Positions 12,048-21,929 of a DNA stretch of 64,000 nt are shown piece after piece. This DNA is from a virus. Positions within the stretch are counted from its first letter, which is position 1; every line of letters begins with the position of its first letter. Both the position numbers and the translations under genes were made by a program. The DNA lies in the IMG/VR virus record IMGVR_UViG_3300042319_002356, positions 1 to 64,000 of that record. One strand, written 5' to 3'. The notes beneath the pieces were generated by a model. The model was not told the DNA's origin. It was given only the letters and a program-made list of their open reading frames with translations, and ran no database searches.

Positions 12048-14444
12048 ATGGCTTACATAAATAAAACTAGTTCGGGACTTTTAAATACAAAATTAACTGA
12101 TGTTGGTAGAAGAAAACTGGCTCAGGGAAGATTCAATATACAATATTTTCAGATAGGTGATTCAGAGGTTACTTATAGTGCGATTACTAATTGGGATAGT
12201 ACTAATAATAATGTTTTAGAACCATCATTTAATGCTCAGAATGACACAGGGTCTCCACAATCAAACAAACAACATGTTAAATATCCTTTTTATGTTTTAG
12301 GTAATAAAGGTAATACATTTGGATTACCAATATTGGAGCCAGCCATTTACCCTGTATACAACCTAACAGACCCGAGAGGTTTTTTCAATGGGACTGACGG
12401 TAATTGGTTTGCTAAGACTGATTCTCCTTGTGATTATACACAACCAGAACCACCAAAATGTCCAGATTATTATGTTAAAACAAGTGACTATGTTGTGGAT
12501 ACTTGTTTATTATGTGGTAATAATTACATTGATTTGATTTACTCTCCTTGTAATCCTGTAACAACGACTACGACTTCTCCAATTATAACTACAACGACAA
12601 CTACTACAAACATTGGATGTACGACTATATGTCAAAATAGTGGTTTAACTTGTGATATTCAAGTTGGAGATATTTTGATGATATATTTTGACCAAGAGGA
12701 CACGTGCGGTGGAATTTCAAGACAGTTCCCAATTTTAACATACAAAGTCCAAGGGATTGACGGATTAAAAATACAATTAGATAGACCAACACCTTATTAT
12801 GCTGGTTCGTCATGTGCTCCTATAACAACTACAACGACGATGTTAATGGGGGAGACAATGACAACAACAACTACAACTCAATATGGTAATTGTTGTACAT
12901 ATGCTAGAGTGTTGGTATATCCATCGGGAATGACCCCTTACTATGATTCAATTACGCCTTTACAGTATCTCACACCACAAAATGTTGGGTTTGGTAATTA
13001 TAACGTTCCTGGTGTTATCACACCCCCAATATGGAATATGAATATTCCTTGGTCTGAAAATCCTGCAGGGTTAATATCAGTTATTAGTGAGTCTTATGAA
13101 TATTTTGGTTCACAGAGTTATATTGGTTCTAAAGAATATTTTGGATATCAGACAAATTCAGGTCAAACATTTAATGTTGATTCTGATAATATGAATCAAA
13201 TTAGTGATACATATTTTTATAACTCTTTAGGTGATAAAGTTTACGTAGAACCAAGTTCACAAAAATGTATATCAATTGTGCATTATACAAATAATGCGTT
13301 GGATAACATCTACGGTGAAAAATTTGCGATGGAACCATTCAACAGTAATTTTTTAGACAACACTGGAGCTGCCAAAAATTTCAAAGTAACCATTCCTTGG
13401 TTGATGTGGCATAAAAACCCAAATCCTGTTATGGGGGAATCTTTTTATGTTGACCCTGACGGATATGAGTTATTATCGGTAAAATATATGCAGTCTTCGG
13501 TGAGTTCAGAAATGAATAACCCTGGGTTAAGATATTTCCATTTGTATGACACCCACCAAACCCAAAGTGGGTTACCAAGTAGAGTTGGTAAGGTATTTCC
13601 TGATTTAAAACAAATCATATTTGATGATGAAGAAATAGTTGCAGCAATGTCTTACAAATCAAATCGTAACTGGACATTACCTGCACCAAGATTAAATCTA
13701 TTAACACCAAATACTTGTAGCAATGATGGTAATAGTAATGGTATATTAAGTGCATCTACCGAATATATGTATATTACATATAGATTTGATAATATAACAA
13801 TGACAAACGCTCTTCATTGTAATTATTATACAAAAATACAAGGACCAACAATTTGTACACCATCTAGTTCTCAAAATGTGATTGTCCAATTTGGCAATGA
13901 GTTTGCCTTTTTACAATCTTGTTGTTTGAACGGAGCCCAATTAAAAGAGTTTAAGATTTTAGCTCAAAAAGTTACAGGTGATACAAGACCTGACCCTACA
14001 AAATGGAAAGTTATTAATTTTACCGACCAATTAATTGCGTCAATGGATTTTAACGGCAATATAACTGCGAGTGGAATGACGGCTCAAACATTCATAGTTA
14101 ATTATGATTTATACCAATCTGCACCTTTTTATAATTTAGCTGATTATATTGATTTACCAACTATCACCGAACCTGACGAATTAAACTTTGGTGATGAGTT
14201 TTTCTTTTATGGTAATGTTGAAACGGATATAATGGCGACAATATATGAATTTAAGGCAATTTGTAATTTACCTAAGAATTCTTTCAGTAATACCAAAAAT
14301 CCTACATGGAATGATTCGTTTACACCATATATTAGTGAAATTGGGCTTTACGATGAAGATAAAGACCTTATTATTATATCTAAACTACAATCACCACAAG
14401 TAAGACAAGGGGTGCAACAATACGTAGTTCAATTAGATTTTTAA
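12048..14444 (+). CDS. Tail-collar/baseplate fibre-like structural protein (DUF3751-like termini)
   Basis: N-terminal KLTDVGRRKLA...YFQIGD and C-terminal YISEIGLYDEDKDLIIISKL resemble phage tail-collar fibre motifs; large Cys/Thr-rich interior. Confidence 0.6.
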   Translation: MAYINKTSSGLLNTKLTDVGRRKLAQGRFNIQYFQIGDSEVTYSAITNWDSTNNNVLEPSFNAQNDTGSPQSNKQHVKYPFYVLGNKGNTFGLPILEPAIYPVYNLTDPRGFFNGTDGNWFAKTDSPCDYTQPEPPKCPDYYVKTSDYVVDTCLLCGNNYIDLIYSPCNPVTTTTTSPIITTTTTTTNIGCTTICQNSGLTCDIQVGDILMIYFDQEDTCGGISRQFPILTYKVQGIDGLKIQLDRPTPYYAGSSCAPITTTTTMLMGETMTTTTTTQYGNCCTYARVLVYPSGMTPYYDSITPLQYLTPQNVGFGNYNVPGVITPPIWNMNIPWSENPAGLISVISESYEYFGSQSYIGSKEYFGYQTNSGQTFNVDSDNMNQISDTYFYNSLGDKVYVEPSSQKCISIVHYTNNALDNIYGEKFAMEPFNSNFLDNTGAAKNFKVTIPWLMWHKNPNPVMGESFYVDPDGYELLSVKYMQSSVSSEMNNPGLRYFHLYDTHQTQSGLPSRVGKVFPDLKQIIFDDEEIVAAMSYKSNRNWTLPAPRLNLLTPNTCSNDGNSNGILSASTEYMYITYRFDNITMTNALHCNYYTKIQGPTICTPSSSQNVIVQFGNEFAFLQSCCLNGAQLKEFKILAQKVTGDTRPDPTKWKVINFTDQLIASMDFNGNITASGMTAQTFIVNYDLYQSAPFYNLADYIDLPTITEPDELNFGDEFFFYGNVETDIMATIYEFKAICNLPKNSFSNTKNPTWNDSFTPYISEIGLYDEDKDLIIISKLQSPQVRQGVQQYVVQLDF

Positions 14445-14445
14445 T

Positions 14446-15048
14446 ATGGCAAGAAGAAAACTTGAAAACCGACCTAAAGTATTAGGATTGGACGTTAGTA
14501 CTAAAACCATCGGATGGGCATTGTTTGATATGCAAACAAAAGAATTGTTGGAGCTAACCCACGTATCACCTGTTCCCAAACCTAAAAAGGAAAATAAAAT
14601 TGAAGAGTTAATTGAAAAGGCTTTAATCTTCAGGGCTAAATTGGAAAGGTATAAAGATTTAGGTATAACCAAAGTAGTCATTGAAGAACCTCTGCTTAAT
14701 TCAAACAACATCAATACTGTTGGGACTTTGATGAGGTATAACACACTTATAACAAAAGAAATTTATGATTGCTTTGGAATTGTTCCTGATTTTATTTCTA
14801 CTTATAATTCACGAAAATATGCATTTCCTGAATTGGTTAAACCAAACGATAAAGGTAAGCATGTCTTATTTGGTGGGTATCCTAAAGATTGTGACAAGAA
14901 AGAAATCATCTGGAAATTAGTTGCTAAAAAAGAGCCTCAAATTAATTGGCAATATACTCGTAACAATACTCTGAAAAAAGAAAATTTTGACCAAACAGAT
15001 GCTTATACTTGTGTCCTGGGAAAAATGAAACAAGATAATATTTGGTAA
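14446..15048 (+). CDS. RuvC-like Holliday junction resolvase
   Basis: LGLDVSTKTIGWA, VVIEEP and DQTDA RNase H-fold acidic motifs. Confidence 0.75.
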   Translation: MARRKLENRPKVLGLDVSTKTIGWALFDMQTKELLELTHVSPVPKPKKENKIEELIEKALIFRAKLERYKDLGITKVVIEEPLLNSNNINTVGTLMRYNTLITKEIYDCFGIVPDFISTYNSRKYAFPELVKPNDKGKHVLFGGYPKDCDKKEIIWKLVAKKEPQINWQYTRNNTLKKENFDQTDAYTCVLGKMKQDNIW

Positions 15049-15076
15049 TTTAAGATTTTATTCTTATTATTGCTGA

Positions 15077-15982
15077 GTGAATGAGAATATTGAATCAGAA
15101 GTAATAGTTGATATTATCAGGGATATCTTTGGTAAAGAAAAACATTATTATCAATCTAAAGGACAAATATCTGTTAATTGTCCTTATTGTGACGATGGTA
15201 AAAACAAAGGTAACCTTGAAATAAACATTTATGACCACGTATATAAGTGTTGGTCTTGTTCTGAAACGAGTGGAACACACGGAGTATTAGGTAAACTAAT
15301 TGATAACTTCGGAACTAAAGACCAAAAGAAAACTTATGAAATGTTCCGACCCGAAGAACACAAACAAAGGGAAAGAGAATATAATAAGATACGACTACCA
15401 AAAGAATTCACATTATTCAAAGACATTAACCCAAATTATCCCCCTCATAAACAGGCATTAAACTATGTTCGTTCAAGGGGGATTACTGATGACATTATTG
15501 AAAAATATAATATTGGATTCGCGTCAGATGGTGAATATGCGGGAAGGATAATTGTCCCATCCTATAATCTTGAAGATGAATTAAACTATTTTGTGTCAAG
15601 AGCATGGTTTAATACAAAGACAAAGTATAAAAACCCCGAAGCCGAGAAACAAAAAATTATATTCAACGAGAGGTTGATTGATTGGACACAACCCATTTAT
15701 ATTTGTGAAGGGGTTTTTGATGGAATGTTCACTCCAAATCCTGTTATACTTTTGGGTAAGATAATGTACGACTTGTTATTTGAGTCTATTTATACCAAGG
15801 CAGAATCTGACATTATCATTTGTTTGGATGAGGATGCTTGGGAAAATACAAAAAAACTATATAACACTCTTAATGGTGGTAAGTTAAGAGGGAGAGTTAA
15901 GGTAATTAAACCACCAAAAGGAAAAGATGTTGCCGACCTAAGAGGTAACATCAATGATTATTTTTATCAAATGAATTATTAA
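15077..15982 (+). CDS. DNA primase (Zn finger + Toprim)
   Basis: CPYC...CWSC zinc finger; YVRSRGI; RIIVP; ICEGVFD and LDED Toprim motifs; GTG start. Confidence 0.85.
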   Translation: MNENIESEVIVDIIRDIFGKEKHYYQSKGQISVNCPYCDDGKNKGNLEINIYDHVYKCWSCSETSGTHGVLGKLIDNFGTKDQKKTYEMFRPEEHKQREREYNKIRLPKEFTLFKDINPNYPPHKQALNYVRSRGITDDIIEKYNIGFASDGEYAGRIIVPSYNLEDELNYFVSRAWFNTKTKYKNPEAEKQKIIFNERLIDWTQPIYICEGVFDGMFTPNPVILLGKIMYDLLFESIYTKAESDIIICLDEDAWENTKKLYNTLNGGKLRGRVKVIKPPKGKDVADLRGNINDYFYQMNY

Positions 15983-15983
15983 A

Positions 15984-16838
15984 ATGGATTTAAATGAAGT
16001 TGCGTTAGAGATACGGGATATCATCAAGCAAAAACAAGAAGAGTTAAACTTAACCTTTATTGAAGATACTCACACGTATTTTATGAAGGATGTGGATGGT
16101 GAAGTCAAGAACAATTTTCCATCGGTATCAAAGGTTATTAAAAAGTTTTATGAGGAGTTTCCAGTTGAGGAAGCGTCGTATAAGAAAAGTGGTGGTGACC
16201 CTGATTTACAAGAACAATTAAAGAAAGAATGGGCGGCTGCCGGTGATTACTCCACAAATATGGGTAGTCGTGTTCACTATATGCTTGAAAAGAAAGTTAT
16301 TGAACAAAATGGTGGATATAAAGAAGTCCGACAACCAATCTTTGAATGTGATATTGAACAGATATTAAAAGGTGATAGTATGATTACCGCAGGCTCTAAA
16401 TTCTTAAAGTTAATGAAGGATAGAGGGGCTGTATTGCTTGATACTGAAATGGTTTTGGGACATCCTGTTTTAGGTTATACAGGACAACCTGATAAAGTAT
16501 GGTTGATTGTTAATAGAACAAAAGATAGCTTTGGATTGGTTATTACCGACTGGAAAACAAACAAACCAAAAAACTTTTTGACTAACAAGTTTACCAAATC
16601 AATGTATAAACCATTTGAAAGCCAACCAAACAATGCGCTTGGTCACTACTATGTTCAGTTACCTTTATATGGTAAATTATTGTTGAAAATGTTGGAAGGG
16701 TCAAAATATGAACATTTGAAATTATATGGATGTGTTGTCGTATTATTGCAAGATAATTCAGAATTTACTGAATACAAAGTTCCACAAGAAGTGTTGAACA
16801 CAATTATGGAAATGGATATTAAAAAATATTTGATTTGA
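15984..16838 (+). CDS. PD-(D/E)XK exonuclease (phage Cas4/RecB-like)
   Basis: PSVS, GSRVH, E...GQPD...DWKT and YYVQLPLY motifs. Confidence 0.75.
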   Translation: MDLNEVALEIRDIIKQKQEELNLTFIEDTHTYFMKDVDGEVKNNFPSVSKVIKKFYEEFPVEEASYKKSGGDPDLQEQLKKEWAAAGDYSTNMGSRVHYMLEKKVIEQNGGYKEVRQPIFECDIEQILKGDSMITAGSKFLKLMKDRGAVLLDTEMVLGHPVLGYTGQPDKVWLIVNRTKDSFGLVITDWKTNKPKNFLTNKFTKSMYKPFESQPNNALGHYYVQLPLYGKLLLKMLEGSKYEHLKLYGCVVVLLQDNSEFTEYKVPQEVLNTIMEMDIKKYLI

Positions 16839-16870
16839 CCATTATATAATTTATTAGTATATTTAAACAT

Positions 16871-17020
16871 ATGAAAAATAACCAAGAAAAATTATTATTG
16901 TCCTTATTAGGAGGAATTATTTTGGGGGTAACCCTTGTAGTATTAACAGGATGTGTGTCAAAACATCCAAAATGTGCGGCTTATGATAAATGTCAAATCC
17001 CACAAGAATGCGTAAAGTAA
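16871..17020 (+). CDS. Small Cys-rich lipoprotein (49 aa, not in ORF track)
   Basis: Manual translation MKNNQEKLLLSLLGGIILGVTLVVLTG-CVSKHPKCAAYDKCQIPQECVK; lipobox LTGC. Confidence 0.6.
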   Translation: MKNNQEKLLLSLLGGIILGVTLVVLTGCVSKHPKCAAYDKCQIPQECVK

Positions 17021-17361
17021 TATTAATATTAACTTTGTTACTTTCATTACAAAGTTATGGTCAAATGTCTTTAGACATTAAAGAACCTAAATTATATGTG
17101 GAACCTCAGACAATCCAATCTGTGAAAAATGTTTGGAAGTCTGACGCTTATGAGAATAGGAAAACAGGTATAACAATGGTTATTGGTGGATTGACAATGA
17201 TTGGATTGGACATATATGAAGGTAAAGAGGCTTGGAAAAGACCTACAAGTAATGGTTGGGTATATAGACCCTTCATAAGTCAATCAACGAGACCATTCAT
17301 GATGATAACAGGGGTGGGGTTAACTGGAACAGGGATAGGAATAATTTTATTAAATAAGTAA
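17008..17361 (+). CDS. Secreted/membrane hypothetical protein
   Basis: Signal peptide MRKVILILTLLLSLQSYGQ (Gln at +1, common in Bacteroidota); two Gly-rich hydrophobic segments. Confidence 0.6.
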   Translation: MRKVILILTLLLSLQSYGQMSLDIKEPKLYVEPQTIQSVKNVWKSDAYENRKTGITMVIGGLTMIGLDIYEGKEAWKRPTSNGWVYRPFISQSTRPFMMITGVGLTGTGIGIILLNK

Positions 17362-17362
17362 T

Positions 17363-17596
17363 ATGGAACTAGAAAAACCAAGAATTAATTTACGAGAAAT
17401 GGACTTTATTGTGTGCGAGTCCTGTGGGTTTGACCAATTTAAAGAGGTTACCTACTTAAAAAAAGTACCAAAACTTCTAACAGGTTCATCAGAAGATACC
17501 GTCGTGCCATTCCCAACTTATTCTTGTATTAAGTGTGGTCACATCAATGACGAGTTAAATCCATTCTTTGAAGAACCTAAAAAGTTAGACCTATGA
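17363..17596 (+). CDS. Zn-ribbon protein
   Basis: CESC...CIKC. Confidence 0.65.
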   Translation: MELEKPRINLREMDFIVCESCGFDQFKEVTYLKKVPKLLTGSSEDTVVPFPTYSCIKCGHINDELNPFFEEPKKLDL

Positions 17597-18372
17597 TTAA
17601 AAAATTAGTACATTTTTCAGATTTACACATCAGATTGTTTAAAGACCACGATTTGTATCGTCAGATACTAATACAGGCTTTTGAAGAATGGAAACAAATT
17701 GCTCCTGACCGAATTGTATTTACAGGTGATTTGGTTCATTCAAAAAATCAAATGACTCCTGAACTTGTTGAGTTTATTGCTTGGGTATTGACGGAATGTT
17801 CCAAGATTGCTAAAACAATCTTAATACCTGGTAACCACGACTTCCTTGAAAACAATATGGAACGATTGGATGCTTTGACTCCTGTTGTGGATTCACTTAA
17901 AAACGAGATGGTTGTCTATTATAAGAATAGAGGTGTGTATACTGACCAAAACATTGATTGGTGTGTGTATTCACTTATGGACCATAATATTCCACCTGAT
18001 ATTGAAAAATCTGACAGAGTTAAGATTGGTTTATTTCACGGACCAGTTCAAGGATTAACTACAAATCTTGGATTCAAGTTTGAGGATGGATTTGAGGCTT
18101 CAAAATTTGATGGATGTGATTTGGTTCTTTGTGGCGACATTCATAAAAGACAAATCTTTGATATTCCTGGTGGGAAGAAAGCCTATATGATAGGGTCAAC
18201 AATATGTCAAAACTATGGTGAAACAATTACAAAACACGGATATGGTATATATGATGTTGAGAAAGATGAATATTTTACCGTAGATTTGCATAACCCAAAA
18301 CCATTTGTAGCATTTAGGATAAACTCATACGAAGATATTGAAAATGGAACAGAAAGACTCGTTAATTATTAA
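17593..18372 (+). CDS. SbcD/Mre11-like metallophosphoesterase nuclease (gp47-like)
   Basis: SDLH, GDLVH, GNHD, FHG and GDIH motifs; near an SbcC-like gene. Confidence 0.85.
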   Translation: MIKKLVHFSDLHIRLFKDHDLYRQILIQAFEEWKQIAPDRIVFTGDLVHSKNQMTPELVEFIAWVLTECSKIAKTILIPGNHDFLENNMERLDALTPVVDSLKNEMVVYYKNRGVYTDQNIDWCVYSLMDHNIPPDIEKSDRVKIGLFHGPVQGLTTNLGFKFEDGFEASKFDGCDLVLCGDIHKRQIFDIPGGKKAYMIGSTICQNYGETITKHGYGIYDVEKDEYFTVDLHNPKPFVAFRINSYEDIENGTERLVNY

Positions 18373-18838
18373 TCTATCAAAACAAGATATTGAGGATTTC
18401 AAATCTTTCTGTAAGTTAAATGAGATTACTGACGAAGATGGATTTGTTAAACTGTGTTTTCGTAAAGGATATTATATTGAAAAATATGGTTTACTTAACC
18501 AAGGGACTTTACCTGATGTGATTGAAAGAGAATTTGAAAAGGAAGTTGTTAAAGAGGTTATAGTTGAGAAAGAAGTTATTGTTGAAAAGGCAATTGAAAA
18601 TACTGAAAAGATTGAAGAACTTCAAAATGAAATTTATATTCTCAAAGGTAAATTAGACGACAGAAAAGAAGCTGAATGTAGTAAATTACAGCAAACGCTT
18701 ATGGCTTTAAATGGTCAAATAGGTGATAAAAATGAAACAATAGAAAAATTAAACAAAAGGATTGCGGAACTTGAAAATCTAACAAAAAGTTCTTATGCTT
18801 TCTATATGAAAAATTCAAACTTAAAAGATTTATTATGA
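18344..18838 (+). CDS. Coiled-coil hypothetical protein
   Basis: EVIVEK repeats and a heptad-like C-terminus. Confidence 0.6.
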   Translation: MEQKDSLIINLSKQDIEDFKSFCKLNEITDEDGFVKLCFRKGYYIEKYGLLNQGTLPDVIEREFEKEVVKEVIVEKEVIVEKAIENTEKIEELQNEIYILKGKLDDRKEAECSKLQQTLMALNGQIGDKNETIEKLNKRIAELENLTKSSYAFYMKNSNLKDLL

Positions 18839-19191
18839 CAGTATTATTAGCATGGTTTATAATGACGTACGGATTTACGAACATTATGGTTTACGGAAGT
18901 ATTTTTGCAAATTTAAGAAACACTATTATTAAATGGGGAGAAAGTAAAATACCTGTGTTCTCACATTTATTTGATTTCATCTCAGGGATTATAACCTGTA
19001 TGATGTGTTGCTCAACTTGGGTAGGGTTCTTTACAGGGGTATTTGTATACTCACCAACACATGAATTATTTAATCTAACACCATACATTTCTTGGTTCTT
19101 TGATGGACTATTAGCCTCAGGTTTCGTGTGGGCATTTAATGGAATGGTAGAATGGTTTGAAGAAAACCGACCAACAAATACAAATCTTTAA
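18835..19191 (+). CDS. Membrane protein, DUF1360-like
   Basis: TM helices with ITCMMCCSTWVG (CxxC..W) motif. Confidence 0.55.
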   Translation: MTVLLAWFIMTYGFTNIMVYGSIFANLRNTIIKWGESKIPVFSHLFDFISGIITCMMCCSTWVGFFTGVFVYSPTHELFNLTPYISWFFDGLLASGFVWAFNGMVEWFEENRPTNTNL

Positions 19192-19203
19192 AAACAAATA
19201 AAT

Positions 19204-19494
19204 ATGCCAAAGTCAAAACAAAGAAAAAATCACAAGCAAAAGTCACAGGCTCGTACAAAAAGAGTTAAAGCTCAAGAAGTAAAATTCCAAAAGGAATATC
19301 AGGCCAAGATGATGGAACAAATTAACAAATTGAAAGAAGAGTATGAGAAGGCCAAAGAACAAGAGGTCTTGGATAGAACTTCAGAAGTTGTTGAATCAGA
19401 ACAAGTAAATGATGAAGTAGGTTCATTTGAAGGTACAAATGATACTGATAGCATTACAATTGATTACAAACCAAGTAGTAATTCTCCATTTTAA
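19204..19494 (+). CDS. Basic N-terminus hypothetical protein
   Basis: MPKSKQRKNHK...; TAATG coupling to the next gene. Confidence 0.6.
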   Translation: MPKSKQRKNHKQKSQARTKRVKAQEVKFQKEYQAKMMEQINKLKEEYEKAKEQEVLDRTSEVVESEQVNDEVGSFEGTNDTDSITIDYKPSSNSPF

Positions 19495-21863
19495 TGGACC
19501 TATTTGACAAACCGCTAAATTTAGAAAGAGTAAAAATGATTAAAGATTTGGATTTTAATAAGTTGGAGAACCCATACGTTCAAGTCGTATGGGAAGACGC
19601 TCCTGAAAACTTCACACAAGAAAAGTTAAAGAACGTAAAACATTACTTCCAAAAGAAGTACAACACAACTAGTGTTAATGTTATTACCAAACTTAAAAAG
19701 AGTGAAGAAGTTCAGGATAATGTTGACGTGTCATTCAATATTATGGATGAGAACTTTCAACACGAACTTATGAAATCCATTCTTGAATCTAAAGGACAAG
19801 TAAATCTTTACGAAGACATTCTAAAAATTGATTCGGCAGTTAATAATAAAATGATTGCAGAACAAGAAGAGGTGGGGACGTTCAAAAAGTGGTTTATTAA
19901 AAAGATTGAGTTCTCAAATTTCTTATCTTACGGTGATAATCAAACCCTTAACTTTGAAAAGTTAGGGGGTATCACTGTGATTGAATCCGACCCACCCAAC
20001 TTCGGAGGTAAGACCGTATTATCAGTTGACTTGTTGTTATTCTTATTCTTCAATACGACTACGAAGACAAACAAGGCTGAAGAGGTATTCAACCGATATT
20101 CAGGAAAGGACAAAGTATCTGTTCGTGGTGAGATTGTTATTGATGGTGAGGATTACATCATTGTTCGTGAACTTGAACGTAAGAAATCAAAGGCTGGTGA
20201 ATGGAATGTTAAAACTGAATTAGATTTCTTTAAGAAATACCCTGATGGTTCATTGGTTAAATTTACAGGTGAACAAAGACGTGAAACTGAGAACTTTATC
20301 AAAACATCTATTGGAAGTTATGATGATTTCTTGATGACTATTTTAACCACAGGGACTAATCTTGAAGATTTGTTGGAAGCGAAACCAACTGCTCGTGGTC
20401 AAGTTCTATCAAGATTCTTGGGACTTGATTTTCTTAAAAGAAAGGAAGAAACTGGTAAAGAAATCTATTCGGTATTTTCTAAATCAATGATTTCCAACAT
20501 CTACAATACAGAGTCATTGAAGACTCAAAATGAAGAGTTGGTTATGTTAAATGAATCAATCAAAACTACAATTAAAGAAGACCAAACAAAGATTGTAGAT
20601 GTTAATGGAAGGATTGAAAAGGGACAGGAATATCGTGATAACTTGTTAAAATCAAAAGTTGCTGTTGAGAAAGAACTTACATTAATGAACCCTGAGCAAA
20701 CACAAAGGGAGATTGATGATTTTAAACGACAAATTGATAATAACATTGGGTTACGTGACGCAATCAAAATAGTTGAACCATCAGAGTTTTACAACGAAGA
20801 GAATCACGATAAGATTAAAGAAGAATACCAAAAGGCATATAAAAGTAAGGTTGAGGTTGATACAAACATATTCTCAATTGAGAAGTTAAAGAGTTCGGTG
20901 AGTGGTGGGATTAAATGTGAACATTGCGGTATTGAATTAATGAATGCTGCAATTACACAATCAAAAATCGCTGAACTTGATGGACTTATCCTCCAAAGAA
21001 CCTCAATACAGGGGTTAATGCAGGAATTATCCGACAAAGAACAGGCATTTGTAAAACTTAAAAAAGACTTTGATGAATACGAAAAGAACAAATTAGTATT
21101 TGAAAAGTTTCAAGCCACAATTGAAACTCTCCAAACTAAACGAGAGTCTCTTGAAGCAAAACTCAACCGATACGGAGAGATGCAAGATGTTATTAAATCT
21201 AATGAGCAAATTGAGAGTCAGATAATTAAAGCTAATTTACGATTGGAAGAATTAAAAAGAGAGTTGGAACAAGTTCAAAGAGCAATTACAAATTCGGAGT
21301 TTCAAATTAAACAAAATGAAGAAAAGATTGAGTCTAACTTGAAAACTATTGAAAAGATTGCTGAGGAACAAGAGAAAGAAGTTAAGTATAAATTATACTT
21401 GGAATTGTTTGGTAAGAATGGAATTGCTAAAAGAATTATGAAGAGTATGATGCCACTTATCAATTCCGAATTACAACGACTATTACAGGACTCTTGTTAT
21501 TTCAGATTGGAAATCCGTATCAGTGAAAAGAATGAAGTTGAGTTTTGGATGATTGATAATAATACTCAAGTTGAAAAACTTATGACCACTGGTTCAGGAT
21601 ATGAGAAGACAATTGCGTCACTTGCTTTGAGAGCGGTCCTTGCCAAAGTATGTTCATTACCTAAACCAAACATCACAGTATTTGACGAGGTATTTGGTAA
21701 GATATCAAACGATAACCTTGAAATGGTATATGAGTTCTTTATTAAGATTAAAGAATACTTTGAAAACATTCTTGTTATTACCCACAACCCGATGATTTCA
21801 AATTGGGCGGACAATGTAATCAAAATCACAAAAACAGATAATATCTCCAAAGTTTCACAATAA
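19494..21863 (+). CDS. SbcC/Rad50-like SMC ATPase (gp46-like)
   Basis: FSNFLSYG, Walker A NFGGKT, coiled coils, zinc hook CEHC, signature variant GSGYE, Walker B VFDEVFG, VITH. Confidence 0.9.
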   Translation: MDLFDKPLNLERVKMIKDLDFNKLENPYVQVVWEDAPENFTQEKLKNVKHYFQKKYNTTSVNVITKLKKSEEVQDNVDVSFNIMDENFQHELMKSILESKGQVNLYEDILKIDSAVNNKMIAEQEEVGTFKKWFIKKIEFSNFLSYGDNQTLNFEKLGGITVIESDPPNFGGKTVLSVDLLLFLFFNTTTKTNKAEEVFNRYSGKDKVSVRGEIVIDGEDYIIVRELERKKSKAGEWNVKTELDFFKKYPDGSLVKFTGEQRRETENFIKTSIGSYDDFLMTILTTGTNLEDLLEAKPTARGQVLSRFLGLDFLKRKEETGKEIYSVFSKSMISNIYNTESLKTQNEELVMLNESIKTTIKEDQTKIVDVNGRIEKGQEYRDNLLKSKVAVEKELTLMNPEQTQREIDDFKRQIDNNIGLRDAIKIVEPSEFYNEENHDKIKEEYQKAYKSKVEVDTNIFSIEKLKSSVSGGIKCEHCGIELMNAAITQSKIAELDGLILQRTSIQGLMQELSDKEQAFVKLKKDFDEYEKNKLVFEKFQATIETLQTKRESLEAKLNRYGEMQDVIKSNEQIESQIIKANLRLEELKRELEQVQRAITNSEFQIKQNEEKIESNLKTIEKIAEEQEKEVKYKLYLELFGKNGIAKRIMKSMMPLINSELQRLLQDSCYFRLEIRISEKNEVEFWMIDNNTQVEKLMTTGSGYEKTIASLALRAVLAKVCSLPKPNITVFDEVFGKISNDNLEMVYEFFIKIKEYFENILVITHNPMISNWADNVIKITKTDNISKVSQ

Positions 21864-21866
21864 TTC

Positions 21867-21897
21867 TTTGGAGATACTATTTATTGCTATATCTTTG
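21867..21897 (+). promoter_or_regulatory. Bacteroidota sigma-A type promoter (TTTG-N19-TATCTTTG) upstream of the phage sigma gene
   Basis: TTTG at 21867-21870, TATCTTTG at 21890-21897. Confidence 0.7.
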
Positions 21898-21929
21898 TAT
21901 CACTAAATTCTACAACACACTGACAATTT

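Noticed and set aside
15984-16838. Cas4 / CRISPR adaptation gene
   Set aside because: It lacks the four-Cys Fe-S cluster and has no cas1/cas2 or array nearby; a generic phage PD-(D/E)XK nuclease.
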